Counted from the stretch's first letter, positions 1 through 13,319 are shown. The stretch: DNA of 64,000 bases from Anthoceros angustus (GCA_010909165.1 MU008154.1:1105478-1169477), one strand, 5' to 3'. Notes: generated by a model from the letters alone, not told the origin. Program-made: numbers and translations.

Positions 1-383
1 AGGATATGTTTTCATCTAGGCTGAAAAAATCTCAACTCAGGTGCACATATAGCACAATACTTTAACTTAAAGATATCTATCAAACACACACACAAAAACT
101 ATAAAAATATTTGTGTGCATTATTTTTATTTAACCAAAAAAATATATCAACTTCGTTGCATATATAACATATGCTTTAATTTAAAGATATCTATCAAACA
201 AACACACACACTAAGATATATATTTATCTGCATTTTTATTTTTAGCAAAACAAAACATCAACCTTTGTACATATAGTAGAAAAGAAGATTTTACTATTAA
301 AAAAATGGAAAAAACCATCCATCCCAAAAACAAAGGGAAACATATAAGCACTTGTAGGGTCCACAATATAGTTGATGGATTGT

Positions 384-670
384 CCCTTATGTATGGAATA
401 CCAGTCTGGTCTGCAGGGAGGCGTGTGTGTGACTTTCTTTTTCGGCGTCTGGTATGGGAATATGCCATGGTATCTTTTAGATACTTATGTACAATACACA
501 TATAATATATGTGCCACATCGACACGTGCGTTGATGCAGCGGGCAAAAACTTTGTATCCTGCGTTCATAGGCACTGGTGTTCGATTGTGCCATCTGAGAT
601 GTATTCTTTAGGGTTTCGGTCCCATCAACACACATACATGTTAAACATGTGGGCAAGACATACATACACA
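384..670 (+). repeat. Left terminal inverted repeat (copy 1)
   Basis: The blocks GTATGGAATACC, GTGTGTGTGACTTTCTTTTTCGG, ATATGCCA, GTGCCACATC, TTAGGGTTTC and GGGCAAGACATACA match the reverse complement of 29480-29804 in order. Confidence 0.85.
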
Positions 671-1009
671 AATTTTAGTTAAGTATGGCCCGTGTGCACT
701 GAGTTCCCATTTGCTCAAGGCCTCGATCTCGCGGTCCTAAGCTTTTCGCCTCGCTCTCGCTCTAGCATTTGTCAGGCGCTCGCTCTAGCATGCGGCGATC
801 TCGCTCTCGCATACATCTAGCGCGACCATCGGTAGAATATGCATGCTCTGTCGGGAACTGATTCGGCATCTCATGGCATGAACATGCCATGTGTAGTCCA
901 ACGAGCATGCTCCTGATCGAAACAGTTCGGCAGCGGCATCTCATGGCATGGACATGCCGTACATGTAGTCAAGCCACTTTGGTATGCCCCTTGCATGCAG
1001 CAGCAGGTT

Positions 1010-2860
1010 ACAAGCATTGTATGTATGCGACTATTTTCATGAAATCCCTTCTACATTGGTCTTTCTGGTACAAGCTTGTTTGGGAGTAGTTGGTGCTATG
1101 TGGCACCCGTAAGCGACGAGCCTAGGAAGCGTTGCAGCCATATGTGATGCGAGCAACACCTGCGACCTTGCCGTGAGCAAGCAGCGCGCCCGCCGCAAAT
1201 ACGATGATGATTGCAAGCGCAAAACCCAGTGCATATGATAAGCGCGGCCTTCTTGCAACCAAGCAGACCCTAACAAATTATGGATGCCGCGATTCGCGGA
1301 CATGATATATTATGGCGAGCCCGTAATGGCGCGGCAGCGCAAATGACCTTCAACGCAACCCTAACCCCAAAGAAGAAAAATTTACGATTAGTGTAGAATC
1401 ATTTTGTGTACCATGGGATAGGTTCACCACATCGTGCATGACATGCGAAATAGTTTCGCCATTATGCGGGGACTATTCTTTCGTGATGCGGCGTGACCCG
1501 ATTATGGAATCTGCGATCCGTCACTAGCGGGGTGTGTGTGACAAGTTTTTTCTTCTGTATTCTACATGAAGATGCGCATCTTCAAGATTCCTTCATCACA
1601 TACGCGCCCGTTAGCGGACGGGGCGTAAGCGCCACGATTTTGTCTCGGGAACTTGCCTATAGGTGTTCGATCTAAGTCATCCACTTTTCTTTACGCCATT
1701 TAGGATTTATGCTCAAACACACATACTCATGTTTTGGGGTTTTCCTGCACACATGGACACATATATCGGATCGGACATGTCTCGGCCCGGTGAAAGCCCC
1801 GTGTGGGCATGCTAGTCGTTCAAGGCTGCGTTTCCCTTTCTCACCGTCGCGTGGCCGGATGTTAGCCTCGAACATGCTCGATCCGGTGTGTTACATCCTT
1901 TTGGCATATAGCGCCAAAATGCAATCGCCGCGGCGCCTAGCGGTGGCGTACATGGCGCCTCAGGCTACGACCACAAGGCTGTATGGCTGCAGGCGTGGCG
2001 CTCGGCGCCCGATGGCCTCTATACGCCATAATTCCCTATGGCAAACCCGGGCGAGATGGGGTCATGCGAATGGATATGCGATGGCCCATGCCTGCACGGC
2101 CCTAAAAAGAAACGCTTGTGTCAAAACCTAAAAGAATCTTCACACACACACGAGGCTTAGTAGCGAGATCGGGGACGCGATGGGCGGGCGCCCGCGGCTT
2201 GATGTCGTCAAGTGTGTACGATTTTTGGTATGCGGCGAGAAAACTCTTTGTCCTATAAAAAAAAACCCTAAAGGGGCTTCACAGCGAGATTATGGAATCA
2301 CCAAGGCGGTCATGACATCAGGATATTTTTAGGGTCATGGGCGAGGAAAAGAAATAGTCCGCGCGTCGGCGAAATTTTCGGCATGTCATGGATGACCACA
2401 TCGGTTGTGGTGCGGCCCCGGTGTCTGCGATGTGGTCAAGCTACCACATGATACGAATGATTCGACCACGGTATGATTGACCACACACGAAACTTTTCTT
2501 CTTTTAGGGTTAGGAGGTTGCGTTGCGGCCATTTTGCGTCGCGCCATTATGACGCAACATACCATGTCGCGGCCATGCGGCCATACACAAGTGTAAGGGT
2601 TGTCGGTTGCGTTAGCGCGGCCTTCGCTATCTAATAGGCGTTTGTCTTTGCAATTATGCGTCTGTTTGCGGCGTCAAAGTGCGTTTGCCCGTGGAAGGCG
2701 CTGCTTTGTTGGCAGGCGCATCGAGGCAGCGTTTCTGCGCGTCACGCCTACGATGCGGTTTCATAGCACCAACTTTCCCGTCTGACTTATACCGGGAGGA
2801 CCAACAAACACGGGCTTCCATGAAAGCGATCGGATGCATACAATCCTTGCACCCAAAAAG
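1010..2860. repeat. Internal long inverted repeat (arms ~1010-1485 and ~2345-2860); possible nested foldback or non-autonomous element
   Basis: Paired blocks: ATTGTATG/CATACAAT, AGTTGGTGCTATG/CATAGCACCAACT, TAATGGCGCG/CGCGCCATTA, AAAGAAGAAAA/TTTTCTTCTTT, CATGACATGC/GCATGTCATG, GGACTATT/AATAGTCC. Confidence 0.75.
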
Positions 2861-5800
2861 CGTCACGGGCACAAATGCAGTTCAAAGGCCTCTTGGACTC
2901 AGCGTGATGATCTGTCCGCCCGCGGCGTGGCACCGGCTGCGTCCCTGCTGGAGGTACTCGGCGATGCCTCCCCGCTCACACTCCACTGCACAATGTCGTC
3001 GGTGCAGTGCGGCGGTACACTCGAGGAGGAAGTCCATGTCAAGCAAGCCCGCGCGCATAGGCATTGTCCCTCGCGACATCGGTTCTGCAGCGCGCCGATC
3101 AGCGCGTTTGATCTGGACAGGTGCAATGCTAAAGGGATGGAACCTCACATGAGGAAAGCAGTGCAACCTACACACAAAGACAAGTGTCTCTTTGCGGTAG
3201 AAGACTCACCGGACAGCGGCTCAATCACCTAGCGGTGGCATCTCGGGGGCACGTTACGTATATTGAGGACCCACGGGCATCGTACTCCTCGCCATCGTCA
3301 TCCATTCCCATATGCGGGTGCGTGCCCTTTGGGGTGAGCCTCTTCACGGAGCTATTGCGGGCACATGGCGAGATGTCCTGTCGCATGGCCCTTATCCTGC
3401 GCTGTGCTGTTCCACACACCCCAGCGTTCGGCTCGCCCTCATGGTGGGCATGAAGGTGACATCAGGAGTGGATGTGCAGGTTGGTGATGTCAATTCAGTC
3501 GGTACTCCACCAAATCCAGCATGTACCCCTTATGCAGGAGCGCCCACTTCTCCCCAGTGACCTTAAAATGCTCAATCCTCTGCGGGCAGGCGCGGTTACT
3601 ACCACACCATACCTCCTCGGCCAAAGGCCATAAGCAACCTGATCGGACTGGTTGTGCAGGCCGCGGATGAAATTCTTGCCGTGTGCCCTTGGCCTCGCGC
3701 AGTTCATGTCGCCTCTATCGGGTTGTGCTCTGCATAGTCGGCCGAATCCATTGGGGATGGCCAAACCTCCTCTTTGCATCCACATAGGCGTTGAAAATGG
3801 TTGTCCCCGCTTGTTATCTTCCGGCACCAACCACGGGGCGTAGTGGGTGGCCCCATCTATTGCACCATGGACTCAAGTAGAATTGAGTGCGACTTGTCAT
3901 ATGGTAACCACATCCATTTCGGTGACCACTGCGGCAATCGCTCCCATTCCAATCTAACGCACAGCACACACCGAGGCAAACTGCTGGAGCCACTCACAAT
4001 CCATGTGCCACATGAACATGGGCGTCGTGTTGGTGTACTTACTCGGATCTGGATGTCGGCCGGCGGGCCATGTCTTCGTGCATCAACCGCGGCGCCTCAT
4101 CACACTCCTTGGGATGTCGATTCCATCGACTTGCACTCACTTTGCAGGCGGATTCTGCATTGGCCGTGCCGTGTGATGGGCGTATGAGTTGCAATGGCGT
4201 GCGAACCTCCACCACGGATAGCCTCCCACCCGCGCGCCATTGGTGCGTTGCGAGCCTCGTCCGAAATCCTCAAGGCTGCCCAAGCTCGGCGGCTCCTTGA
4301 TGGCGCCACGATTGCAAGTGCCTTGCGCCCATACACCCCGGCGTGGCGGAGTGTTGAAAGGCTCCGCTACCGCAGCCCGTCCTCCCCTTCCTCGTGCTCA
4401 TCCCCGCTTGCGGCGCCTCTTCCCCCCTCCGGCCCCCATTTCGTGCATCGCTGCTCGTCTGCGGCCTTCCTCCCGATGGTCCAGTCATCCACAGGTACGG
4501 CCGTCGTGCCCCCGACCACCCGTCATCACGCCATTCGGTGAGCCGCGGCGGCCTCCTCCACGGGGTCGCTTCGCTTGGGGATGGGCAAGGTGGCTTGCCG
4601 CCTCGCGCTAAGCGTGGAAGGCGTTCGCGTGGTTCCGTCTGCTGCCGCAGGGCCTCGCGGAGGTCTATTGCGCCTGACCACAGTGTTATTCAAGTCGCCG
4701 TCGTCGGGTTGAACAAATTGCGACAGCTGCGGCTACCACGGTTGATTGCCGGTTGCACCTCTTCCGCACATCCTGTTCAAATCATCGCGCGCCAGGGCGC
4801 AAATGTGTGCAAGGGGCTTCACATCTTGTGTGTGCAAGATAGGGCCTCGCTCCCTTTCCCCATCACGCCCATGGGTGCGGCCTTGATGGAAGGCTGCAGC
4901 AGCTGATGGTTAACGATGTGGTAGTGCCAAACACCACCATCTGCGGCGCCTCTGCGTGTCGCGGATTCGTGGTACAGCGCGCGCGTGTGGTCTCCTTTGG
5001 TCACCATGCTTGCGGCTTATGCGCGATGCAGGCGTTTGCCTGCGGACAAAACTTCCACCAACTCGCGCAACCGCGTCGTATTACTATCTGACCACTATGG
5101 GCCTCAGGAGCATCACAACACAACCATTGCCGCACGGCTCATTCTGTTCTGGGCGGCACATCGAGGAGGCGGGCCGCCCGGTCCTTCCCCTCAATAGCCT
5201 TGGTTGCTTCCGCAGCAAAACACTGCGAGCAGCGGCACCGCTGCCTTACCTCAACCCGCGGAGGGTCCAAGAAGGCTGCGCGCAAACATGAAAGCATCAC
5301 GATCTTCCGGCAATCAGCGCGTGCCCTTTGCGGCCCCCATGGTGTGCCATGATGATGAGGTCACATGCCTCGATTACTTGGAACGATCCCTCTTCGTTGG
5401 TGAAAAGTCCATGTAGCGGATGAAATGCTCTCCGGTTGTACACAAATGGGAGTGTGGCGGCCCACAAAGAAGTTGTGGCGATCCACATCCACATGCCGCG
5501 ATGCATAATGTGCACCCCGGCGGCGCACAATGTTCGCTGCGGTGCAATGCCCTCGAGGCCCGATCCACAACCAGTGCCCGGCATCACTGCGGCCCCGGTC
5601 CTCTCGACTACCTTCCATGCCCCGCCCGGCGGGACTTTGCGCTCCATCACTTTGTAATCACCCCCACAAAATTGCCTTCCGGCGTACTTTTCGTGTGCAT
5701 GAGATAGGCGATCACGGTGGGTAAAGGGCTTCCTTCTTAGTGCGAAATCCCACGGAGGCACCCATTTCCTTACGGCGCAGCATTTTGCGCGTCCCTATCT

Positions 5801-8800
5801 CAATTGTGGCTCGCGGTCCTCCCGAATGGCATCCAACCGCGACAACATGCCATGCGAGCTCTTTGGCGGCGTTCCGGCCACCTGGGTCCATGACATCCGC
5901 CCACCACGGTTGCTTGGTGCACCCTCAGTGCGGGCCCTGTCATCCTCTCCGCGCCCGGCAAGTCCTTGTGCCAAGCCATCCAGCTCCCCTCCAGCAGAGG
6001 ACCCATTTCCCGGACCTCTCCCGGCCATGCACTTGCGCAGTCCTTTATGCGGCCGGTCGCCCCTCGCGCATGCAGTCGGTGGAATGGATTCAGTTGAATC
6101 TCCCATGTCCATGCGGCGTATCGCCACTCTATGTCATGATCACCGTCGTTTCCATGGCTCCTTGCTTTGGATCAGTGTCCGCGGTGGCGGCCCCTCTACG
6201 GGTCAAGCCCGCCATCGGCAGTCTGACGGTGTGTCCAATACGATGGTGTCGATGGCGGCACATTCTCCGCATCGTCCCTCCATCGTGCCCTCGCCGCAGT
6301 CGCCCCTGACCGCTGACCTCACGCCCGGCGTCCCCTCCTGCCTTGCTTTGCATTCTCAACATCGGCATTGCCAAGCCGCCACTACCGCCATGCCTTGCGT
6401 CAGCACGCGAACTCGCATGGATCATACTCACTTGCGCCCACGAGGAGAATCACATTCGGCGGCGAATCGATGGATATGGGCGGCGCAATGCAAGACACCA
6501 TGGTACCTATCGCTCGTCGCGGTGAGGCGGTACATAAGCCCTCCAAAGCCGTATCCCAACATTCTGCTGCCAATCTAGAAGCGCCTCCGGTACGTTACAA
6601 CCAATCAACATGGGTTTGAGAATTCATGCAACCACCGCTTTGCGCCACGGGACACATGTCTGAAACAAGCTGCCGCCATGCTTACGCAGCGTTGCCTTCC
6701 GTCCTTTGAGGGCGCCATTCAAGCGATCATTTAATGTACGGAAACAAATGTGGCTATAGTATCCCGAATTTCGAGAGGCTTGCGGTTCGCTGCATTATTT
6801 ATTTTGATGCACCTTTGGTGTCGTCGCGCCCGGTGGTCTCCACTGGAACATTGCTGCAATGTATGCAATGTTCTGCGATCGACTAAGCGGAGTTGGTCCC
6901 TGCTTGTGCGACCACTTGCGAGTCTGCGATCACTGGACAACATCATGGAAGCATATTCTGAAAATGACACGCACACGCCGTCTGTAAACAATCGCCATGT
7001 GCTACAACTCTCGTCGCACACTAACCTCACGCGGCATGCGTTCTTCCCATCTACACAGTCGCCGCACAACTTCAACTTAGTGCGCGAAGCGACGCTACAT
7101 GCGACCCGTTAGTTGCGGTTGCGAGGCGGTAAATGCTCCTATCATTGCCGCCCTCTGCGATTACACCCACCACTATGTTTACATGCACGCCTTGCGTTGA
7201 GCTCGTTGCTCCCTCCCTCGGCGCGCCACGTCTCCAGATATGCCACCACATGGGCTTTTGCGAGGTTAATCTCGCCGAGCGAGGCGGCGGTCTTCTCATT
7301 CAATTGAGCTCCGCATATACGAAATCCACCAACTCGTAGAACCTCTAGGCCATCTTTCCACCAAATCGGTGGCCCCGTCGTGCACTGTGCGAACCAAACC
7401 CGGTCATGCCTTTGTTTCTGGTCGCTCCATGATGTACACCTTCCATTCCATCGATGGCCGTTCAAAACTTGATGCATGAAAAGGCACTCCGCCAGACGGT
7501 GGCGCTCGCGATAATTTGTCCACCGCCACTCCATTAGTTTGTCCCCGCGGTGCGGGTGGTATGGGGCTGCAAGTTTTGGATACCCCTCCATTCGAAGGCA
7601 TTGGCTATGATGGTCTTCAACAAAGTCCAAAAACTCGGAGCTCCCTATAGTTGATGAACCATAGGCCACTGACCAATGTACTCTCGAGGCATTGCATCTC
7701 CCACATATCTTCAGCCCGCTTAGGCGTTTGCCCCCGTGTGTGCGAGGCCTTGACGCCAGCCGGCCGCCCGTGACCTCAAGCACACAAGATATTGCACGTG
7801 TTTATCGCCTCCAATGCACATGATCATGTGCATTGGGCATAATGAGCCACCACCACTTGCAAGAACATCCACGTCGACCAAGGCGGTGAAGAGCACGGAC
7901 ATTGATTCACAGTTGCAAGTATGTTCGGATCGGTGCCGAACCTTTGCCTCCACGCCCGAGGATGCTCAAAGTTTTTGATATTCGCTGATTGAGGCGTCAA
8001 TAACAACCCTATACGCTATAACGGTTGGCACCAATCATCCACAGTATCCACTGCGCCACCCTCATCTGGATCTCCACACCACCACACCACAGCTGCAAAG
8101 CTGGACATCACCGGTTGTCGTCAATGCCAAATGGACACTTCGGTCGACCGTCACTTGCCACATGATCCAAGATATTGGTCACGGTAGAACACCACGACTC
8201 CTCTGCGATTCGTCACATTTATCAACACATTCAACACGGCCACCTCAAGTTATCACTTGATTCACAAGACTCGGACACCACAACCATTTCATCACCTACA
8301 TCCACACCTCCACTCAGATACCGGTGGGAAGGCACGTTGCAGCCATGATAAGGCGCAATACACCCGTGACCAACGAGGAAGCGATGGGCGCGGCCACCGT
8401 TGTAGCTTGTCTTGTGGCTGGTCATCTGCAGCGGACAAACATGTACTCAAAGTGTGAACAACGGTATCTAGTTTCAACAAAGCAATGCCCTCACAAACCC
8501 ACACGATGTCCTTCGGAGGAACACGCACACATGCCAACTTGCCGTGCATTCCTCACCTTACTTCAGAGGACCTTGTGTCTGGCCTTGGTAGTAGGAGCTA
8601 TGTCGAGGACTCGTGTGGGTACACTTTCTGTGGGGACAACGTCATCTTCAATTTGTGAGTCTAGCACCTTTGTGCACAGTGTCCTGCCCAAACATGCGCG
8701 AACAACACGAGGCTTTTCCCTCCGGGCATTGGGGTGCGAAGGAATTCACGTAGGCTTCATGTGCCTCCCGGGCCTTGCAAGCGGCAAATTCATCGGCTAC

Positions 8801-10960
8801 AGTGCGAGAAATCGTTGACATCGGCGTCGGTTGGCATAATTGCACCACGATGAGTTGAGATCTTGTATGTAATAAATTTAGTCGAGCGGACTTCCAACGA
8901 AAATGGACAAGACAACAAACACTAGAGAACTGTGGAACATACATATTGGAGACTCCAAGATTTTTTTGCTTTGGTGTGGCCAACCAATTCTTCTTGGTGA
9001 TTGTGACTCAATGTCTTTCCATCGTGTGTCATGGTCAAATTAGTGGTCACCTAACCATGCTCACACCACGATCCTCCACAGGTGGGCCAGTGCGGCCCGG
9101 CGCACCGCTAAATCCAACCTACCTTGGATGCACTTGCCACTCATAGGCGCAAGTGATCGCGGGTTCCTCATCGTCCACTCGGTCCCGCGTACGCAAAACT
9201 GGTAGCGTGGAGGTTTAGCCGGCCGAGTCGTTCTGCAGCTTATTGGCGGTTGCGTGGCCCCATGGTTGCGTGCATAAGCGTCCTTGTTGTATCAGTGACT
9301 GACTTTCAACTCAAGCTACCCGATTCTTTGGCGGAAGGGTTCGTATCCGGCATTGGGGCCGTTGTTGCGATCGCCATTCGAGGCCTCATCTCGGCTCTCG
9401 CACCATCGCCGCGATGTGGTGTGATTTGCGAATCCCCTCTACGCACCACTGACTTGCCTTTCCAACTTATGCACGGTAGCAAATCATTACATTTGGAAAC
9501 CTAGAACCCCACTCGCTCACTTATCCGTCCCCCACTGGCGGAGCGGAAAATGACCCAATGTGCGGCTGCGAGAAGCAGACCCCACCCGCTTCCCTCCCCG
9601 CCCGGCCCCATCGCTCCCGGCACCCTCCGGTGCGATGGCGGGCTGCAATGCGAATTTAAAGGCGCACAATGGCGGGTTGGGCGCGTTCTGTCTTGAGTCC
9701 CTCTCTACATTTTGTTTCAATTCGGAAAAGGGCATCTCGACGCAGGCGTTTAGTACCGCTTCTGGTGTCGGGGATTACTTTTCGGTGTTTACACACCCTT
9801 AGTCTCACCGTTTTTGAGTGGCATTTCACGGCGGTAGAAATGGGTGGATCGCATTGTATTTTGGGCTGATTCTATTTGGCTTTGCTCGCACCATCGCGTG
9901 ATATATAGCCGAGCACCGGCAGAGACACCCTCCGGCCCAGACCCAATTTTATGATTAATACATATACTGTGTCATTCGCTTGATGGGCTGAACTATTTTA
10001 TACCTCATATTATTCTACTCCATTTTTTTCTCCAAATGCTTTGGTGTGGTATAGCGAAAAGGGCAACCGTTGTGGACACTTTGTCTTTCCTTGCCTCCCT
10101 GCTGGCCTTGATATAAGCGTGCATCGGCACAATGCTTTCCACACGTGCACGTGATCGTCCGAATGTAGAATAGATCTTTGGAAATTGGGCTATTGGTACA
10201 TCGAACTGTCGTTTCCCACTTATCACAGGCATTGTATTCCCCACGCTCTTCCCGTGCACCATATTATAATTGAACGTCGGTTTGCAAATATGTGATGCTG
10301 AGCACGTCCGGTCATAGATGAGTTATTTTAAAAGTCGTTTTGCCGGCCGATGGTTCAATTACCTTTATTCAGCCATTTATACTATTCTCGCCCGACATCC
10401 GGTCTCCCTGCTCTATGTCGGATACGTAGTCCATGCTGCCATGTCCAATCATCTCATTATATGCCATTTCGCAGCGTGCACATATCTAAACACCATTCGT
10501 TACAACACAAAAAGGGCGAAGCGCCCCATCATCGTATATGCGGGTGATTTAGCAGAAATAATTCACTTCTCAATATCTGCGTAAAAGATGCACATGACAC
10601 ATTGTGCAATGAAACCTGAAGGCCTTGTATTATTGCGACTACAATTCGCAGGCATATGAAGTACTTGCGTTTTGCAACTTCAGCTTGCTTTCGACCTTGC
10701 ACCCTCTCGGTATAGGCGTATGGCTGACGCGACATTATGCCATTATGTGCTTGATTTTGGTTTTCGGATGGAGTCATACAATATGTGCATTAGATTAGGC
10801 GGGAACTACATTCCAGAACCGCTTTGAGTGCGGAACGTCGCATAAACCCCATGGATTTGCTTCGTGTTCACCGTCTGGTCCGCGATATCCTTGCCAGCCA
10901 ATTTCACGACCCTTTCGCCTGACATGGATAACGATGTCCACTTTGGTGCACATGCGAATT

Positions 10961-11285
10961 TGTGAAAACAAATGGATATGTGAGTCTTGAAAATGAGTCC
11001 GATACATGGCATTGTATCATTCCGGGATTATTCCAGCCAATTGTGCAATGGGCAAATGCAATGGTGCGGTGTGTTTCCCTAGGCACGGGCTTATGGGTCC
11101 ATTGGTGTTATTCCTCGTCCTTCCCCAATACCTCCCGCACCTCCAAAATGCGGCGGTTGCACGATCCTACATCCTCCCTGTGAAAACAAATGGATATGTG
11201 AGTTTTGAAAATGAGTCCCATACATGGCATTGTATCATACCGGGCTTGTCCCAACCAATGGTGCATGCGGCAAATGCAATGGCGC
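10961..11285. repeat. ~105-bp direct repeat pair, 218 bp apart (copy 2 at ~45290-45590)
   Basis: TGTGAAAACAAATGGATATGTGAGTYTTGAAAATGAGTCCSATACATGGCATTGTATCAT at 10961 and 11179. Confidence 0.85.
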
Positions 11286-11949
11286 ATCGTGTTCGCAACA
11301 TGCAGTGCATTGTCGGATGTTTCCCTAGACCCTATTTAGCTAAATGCGTTTGAGATGTTTCTCATTGCAGACCATAACTTCGTAGCCGGATGAAATGCGG
11401 TGTGGGTGATTTTCCCTTATACCACAAAGTAACGAATAAGTACCATGGACGCTCCTCTTCGTAGACCACGGTTCATTGGTATATGAGACAAAATGCAAGC
11501 GATAGATGGCATAGGAAAACCACAAACATTGTAGACATCAATTGAATCCCATGAGCAGTTGTACTACTCTCTACTTGCTCACCATGCTCCATACTTCAAG
11601 GTCTAGCAGTACTCGTAAGTTATCGGTCTACAAACAGTTACTTGTAAGTTATACTTAACATCGGTCCCGATTTCATGGGCCCATCGGCCCTTTCTTGCTT
11701 ATGTTTTCTTGTTTAGGGTTTTAGGATTTCGATCACAACACATACATGGGAAACATGTATACAATACACATACTGCACTTCCATACTTGAGGCCTAGAAA
11801 GCGTTATGGACGGGACCGTATTCCCAAATTCTGACGATACACATAAACTTTTTTCCCATGACCATCTCCTTCAGAATGTGTATGGGTTCAGCTTGACTCT
11901 TCTCAAGGGCGGTTTTGTGCCCTTGCATCAAGCATTTGCTTTGTGCGGT

Positions 11950-12400
11950 GGTGCGAACCAATATAGGACTCCCTAACTTTGTGCATTGGGATATCATCGA
12001 CAAAAAGTGGGGCCACTACAATGGCCCCACTCTCCATCAAGGTGACAGGCGACCGACTATCCACAGCGGTACCTTGCAAGCCTATATGCGAACCTTTCAC
12101 TATCCCAAAGACCATGGAGTGCGAGGTGAAGAACAAGAGTTCACTAGGGTAGTCAGTACCTTCAATGCGAATCACCATGTCCATCATCGGTATCTTAAAC
12201 CCAAGGCCGGAGATAAATATAGGCAGTTGATGAGACCCAATATAGGACTCCGCAACTTTGTGCATTGAGGTATCATCGACATACTGTCAATGGCAGTAAA
12301 GAGGTGAATTAGTGCAAACGAATTTAGGACTCCAACTTTGTGCATCGGGATATCGGCGACAATCTGGGAGCCACTACCATGGCCCCACTCTCTAGTAGGT
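11950..12400. repeat. Three degenerate ~85-bp repeats, with a GC-rich hairpin in the complete ones (copy 2 at ~46300-46775)
   Basis: TAGGACTCC..AACTTTGTGCAT..GRTATC..CGAC recurs three times; hairpin AGTGGGGCCA-CTACAA-TGGCCCCACT at 12006-12031. Confidence 0.75.
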
Positions 12401-13319
12401 CAAAGAGGCGAGGTCCACAACGCCTGTAAGCCTATGCAACAGGAACCCGTCGCGCAATGGCCGCATACCTCCTTGCCGACCCGTTTCCGACCTGCAGATT
12501 CCTTTGCATGGAGTAGCGAAAGTCGTCATTGGCCATTGGCCGGGAGGACAGCAAAGTTCCAGGCGTTAGGCAAGGAACAAGCTCAAATGGAGGCACTAAT
12601 CTCCTCTGGCCGCGAACAGGTGAAATTAGAGTGGTTGCCTGAGGCTCCCACTTGATCACGGTTCAGTCACTAGAGAGAAATGAGACATACTCTAGGGGAT
12701 ATGGCTGCCTTTCCATTCATACAAACATCCACAAACCAAGAATCCACTGGTGCCCACATATATAGGCAAAACCCTCGGGACCTCTTCAGCGTCCTCCTCG
12801 TTCCTTTGGTAGGCACTTAAGGTTTATTTATAATCCTACTTTCCTTGGCCTAAGCAATGATGTTTATGTGCTCAACGACTTATTCGCCCTTTTCCTTGAG
12901 TTACGATTTTAGGTATTTTCCTATAAATCGGCCTATATATGCATCACCATGCCTTACATACATAACCATGTACATACATTACATACTCGACACATCATCC
13001 ATCAACATGTCCACATTCATCAAATGCCATCCATCATGCATACATGGACACAAGGTGAATAACAAGATTTGACTAGGGTAGGGAGTAGCTTCAATGCGAC
13101 GTGCATTTCCATCGACGGTATGCTAAACCCAAGGATAAAATCAAGTATAATGAATGAGCTTGTTCTAAAAGCGGACGACATTTCCAAAGGCGACAAGCGC
13201 TTGCCCGTGAAACACCTCACTGCGAGCACTTGGTAGCACGCGATATCGAGACCGAACACGGCATATCTCATGTAATTGGAGGATGGAATACGAGTTTGTG
13301 TCAAGCAGTATTTTAGGGT

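Noticed and set aside
1522-1530. CACTA pentamer as the element terminus
   Set aside because: It lies inside an internal copy of the TIR motif, and I found no matching TAGTG end with an inverted repeat. The true inverted ends are at 384 and 29804.
3200-3440. SET domain (VWNS..KG.. on the minus strand)
   Set aside because: No NHSC or ELxxDY motif was found.
5300-5520. TET/JBP or other 2OG-Fe(II) dioxygenase (RHVD as HxD)
   Set aside because: Only a 3-residue motif; the distal His/Arg pattern could not be placed in a consistent frame in both copies.
11794-11900. Second RPA-like tail (ILKEMVMGKKFMCIV)
   Set aside because: Too short, and there is no upstream zinc ribbon.
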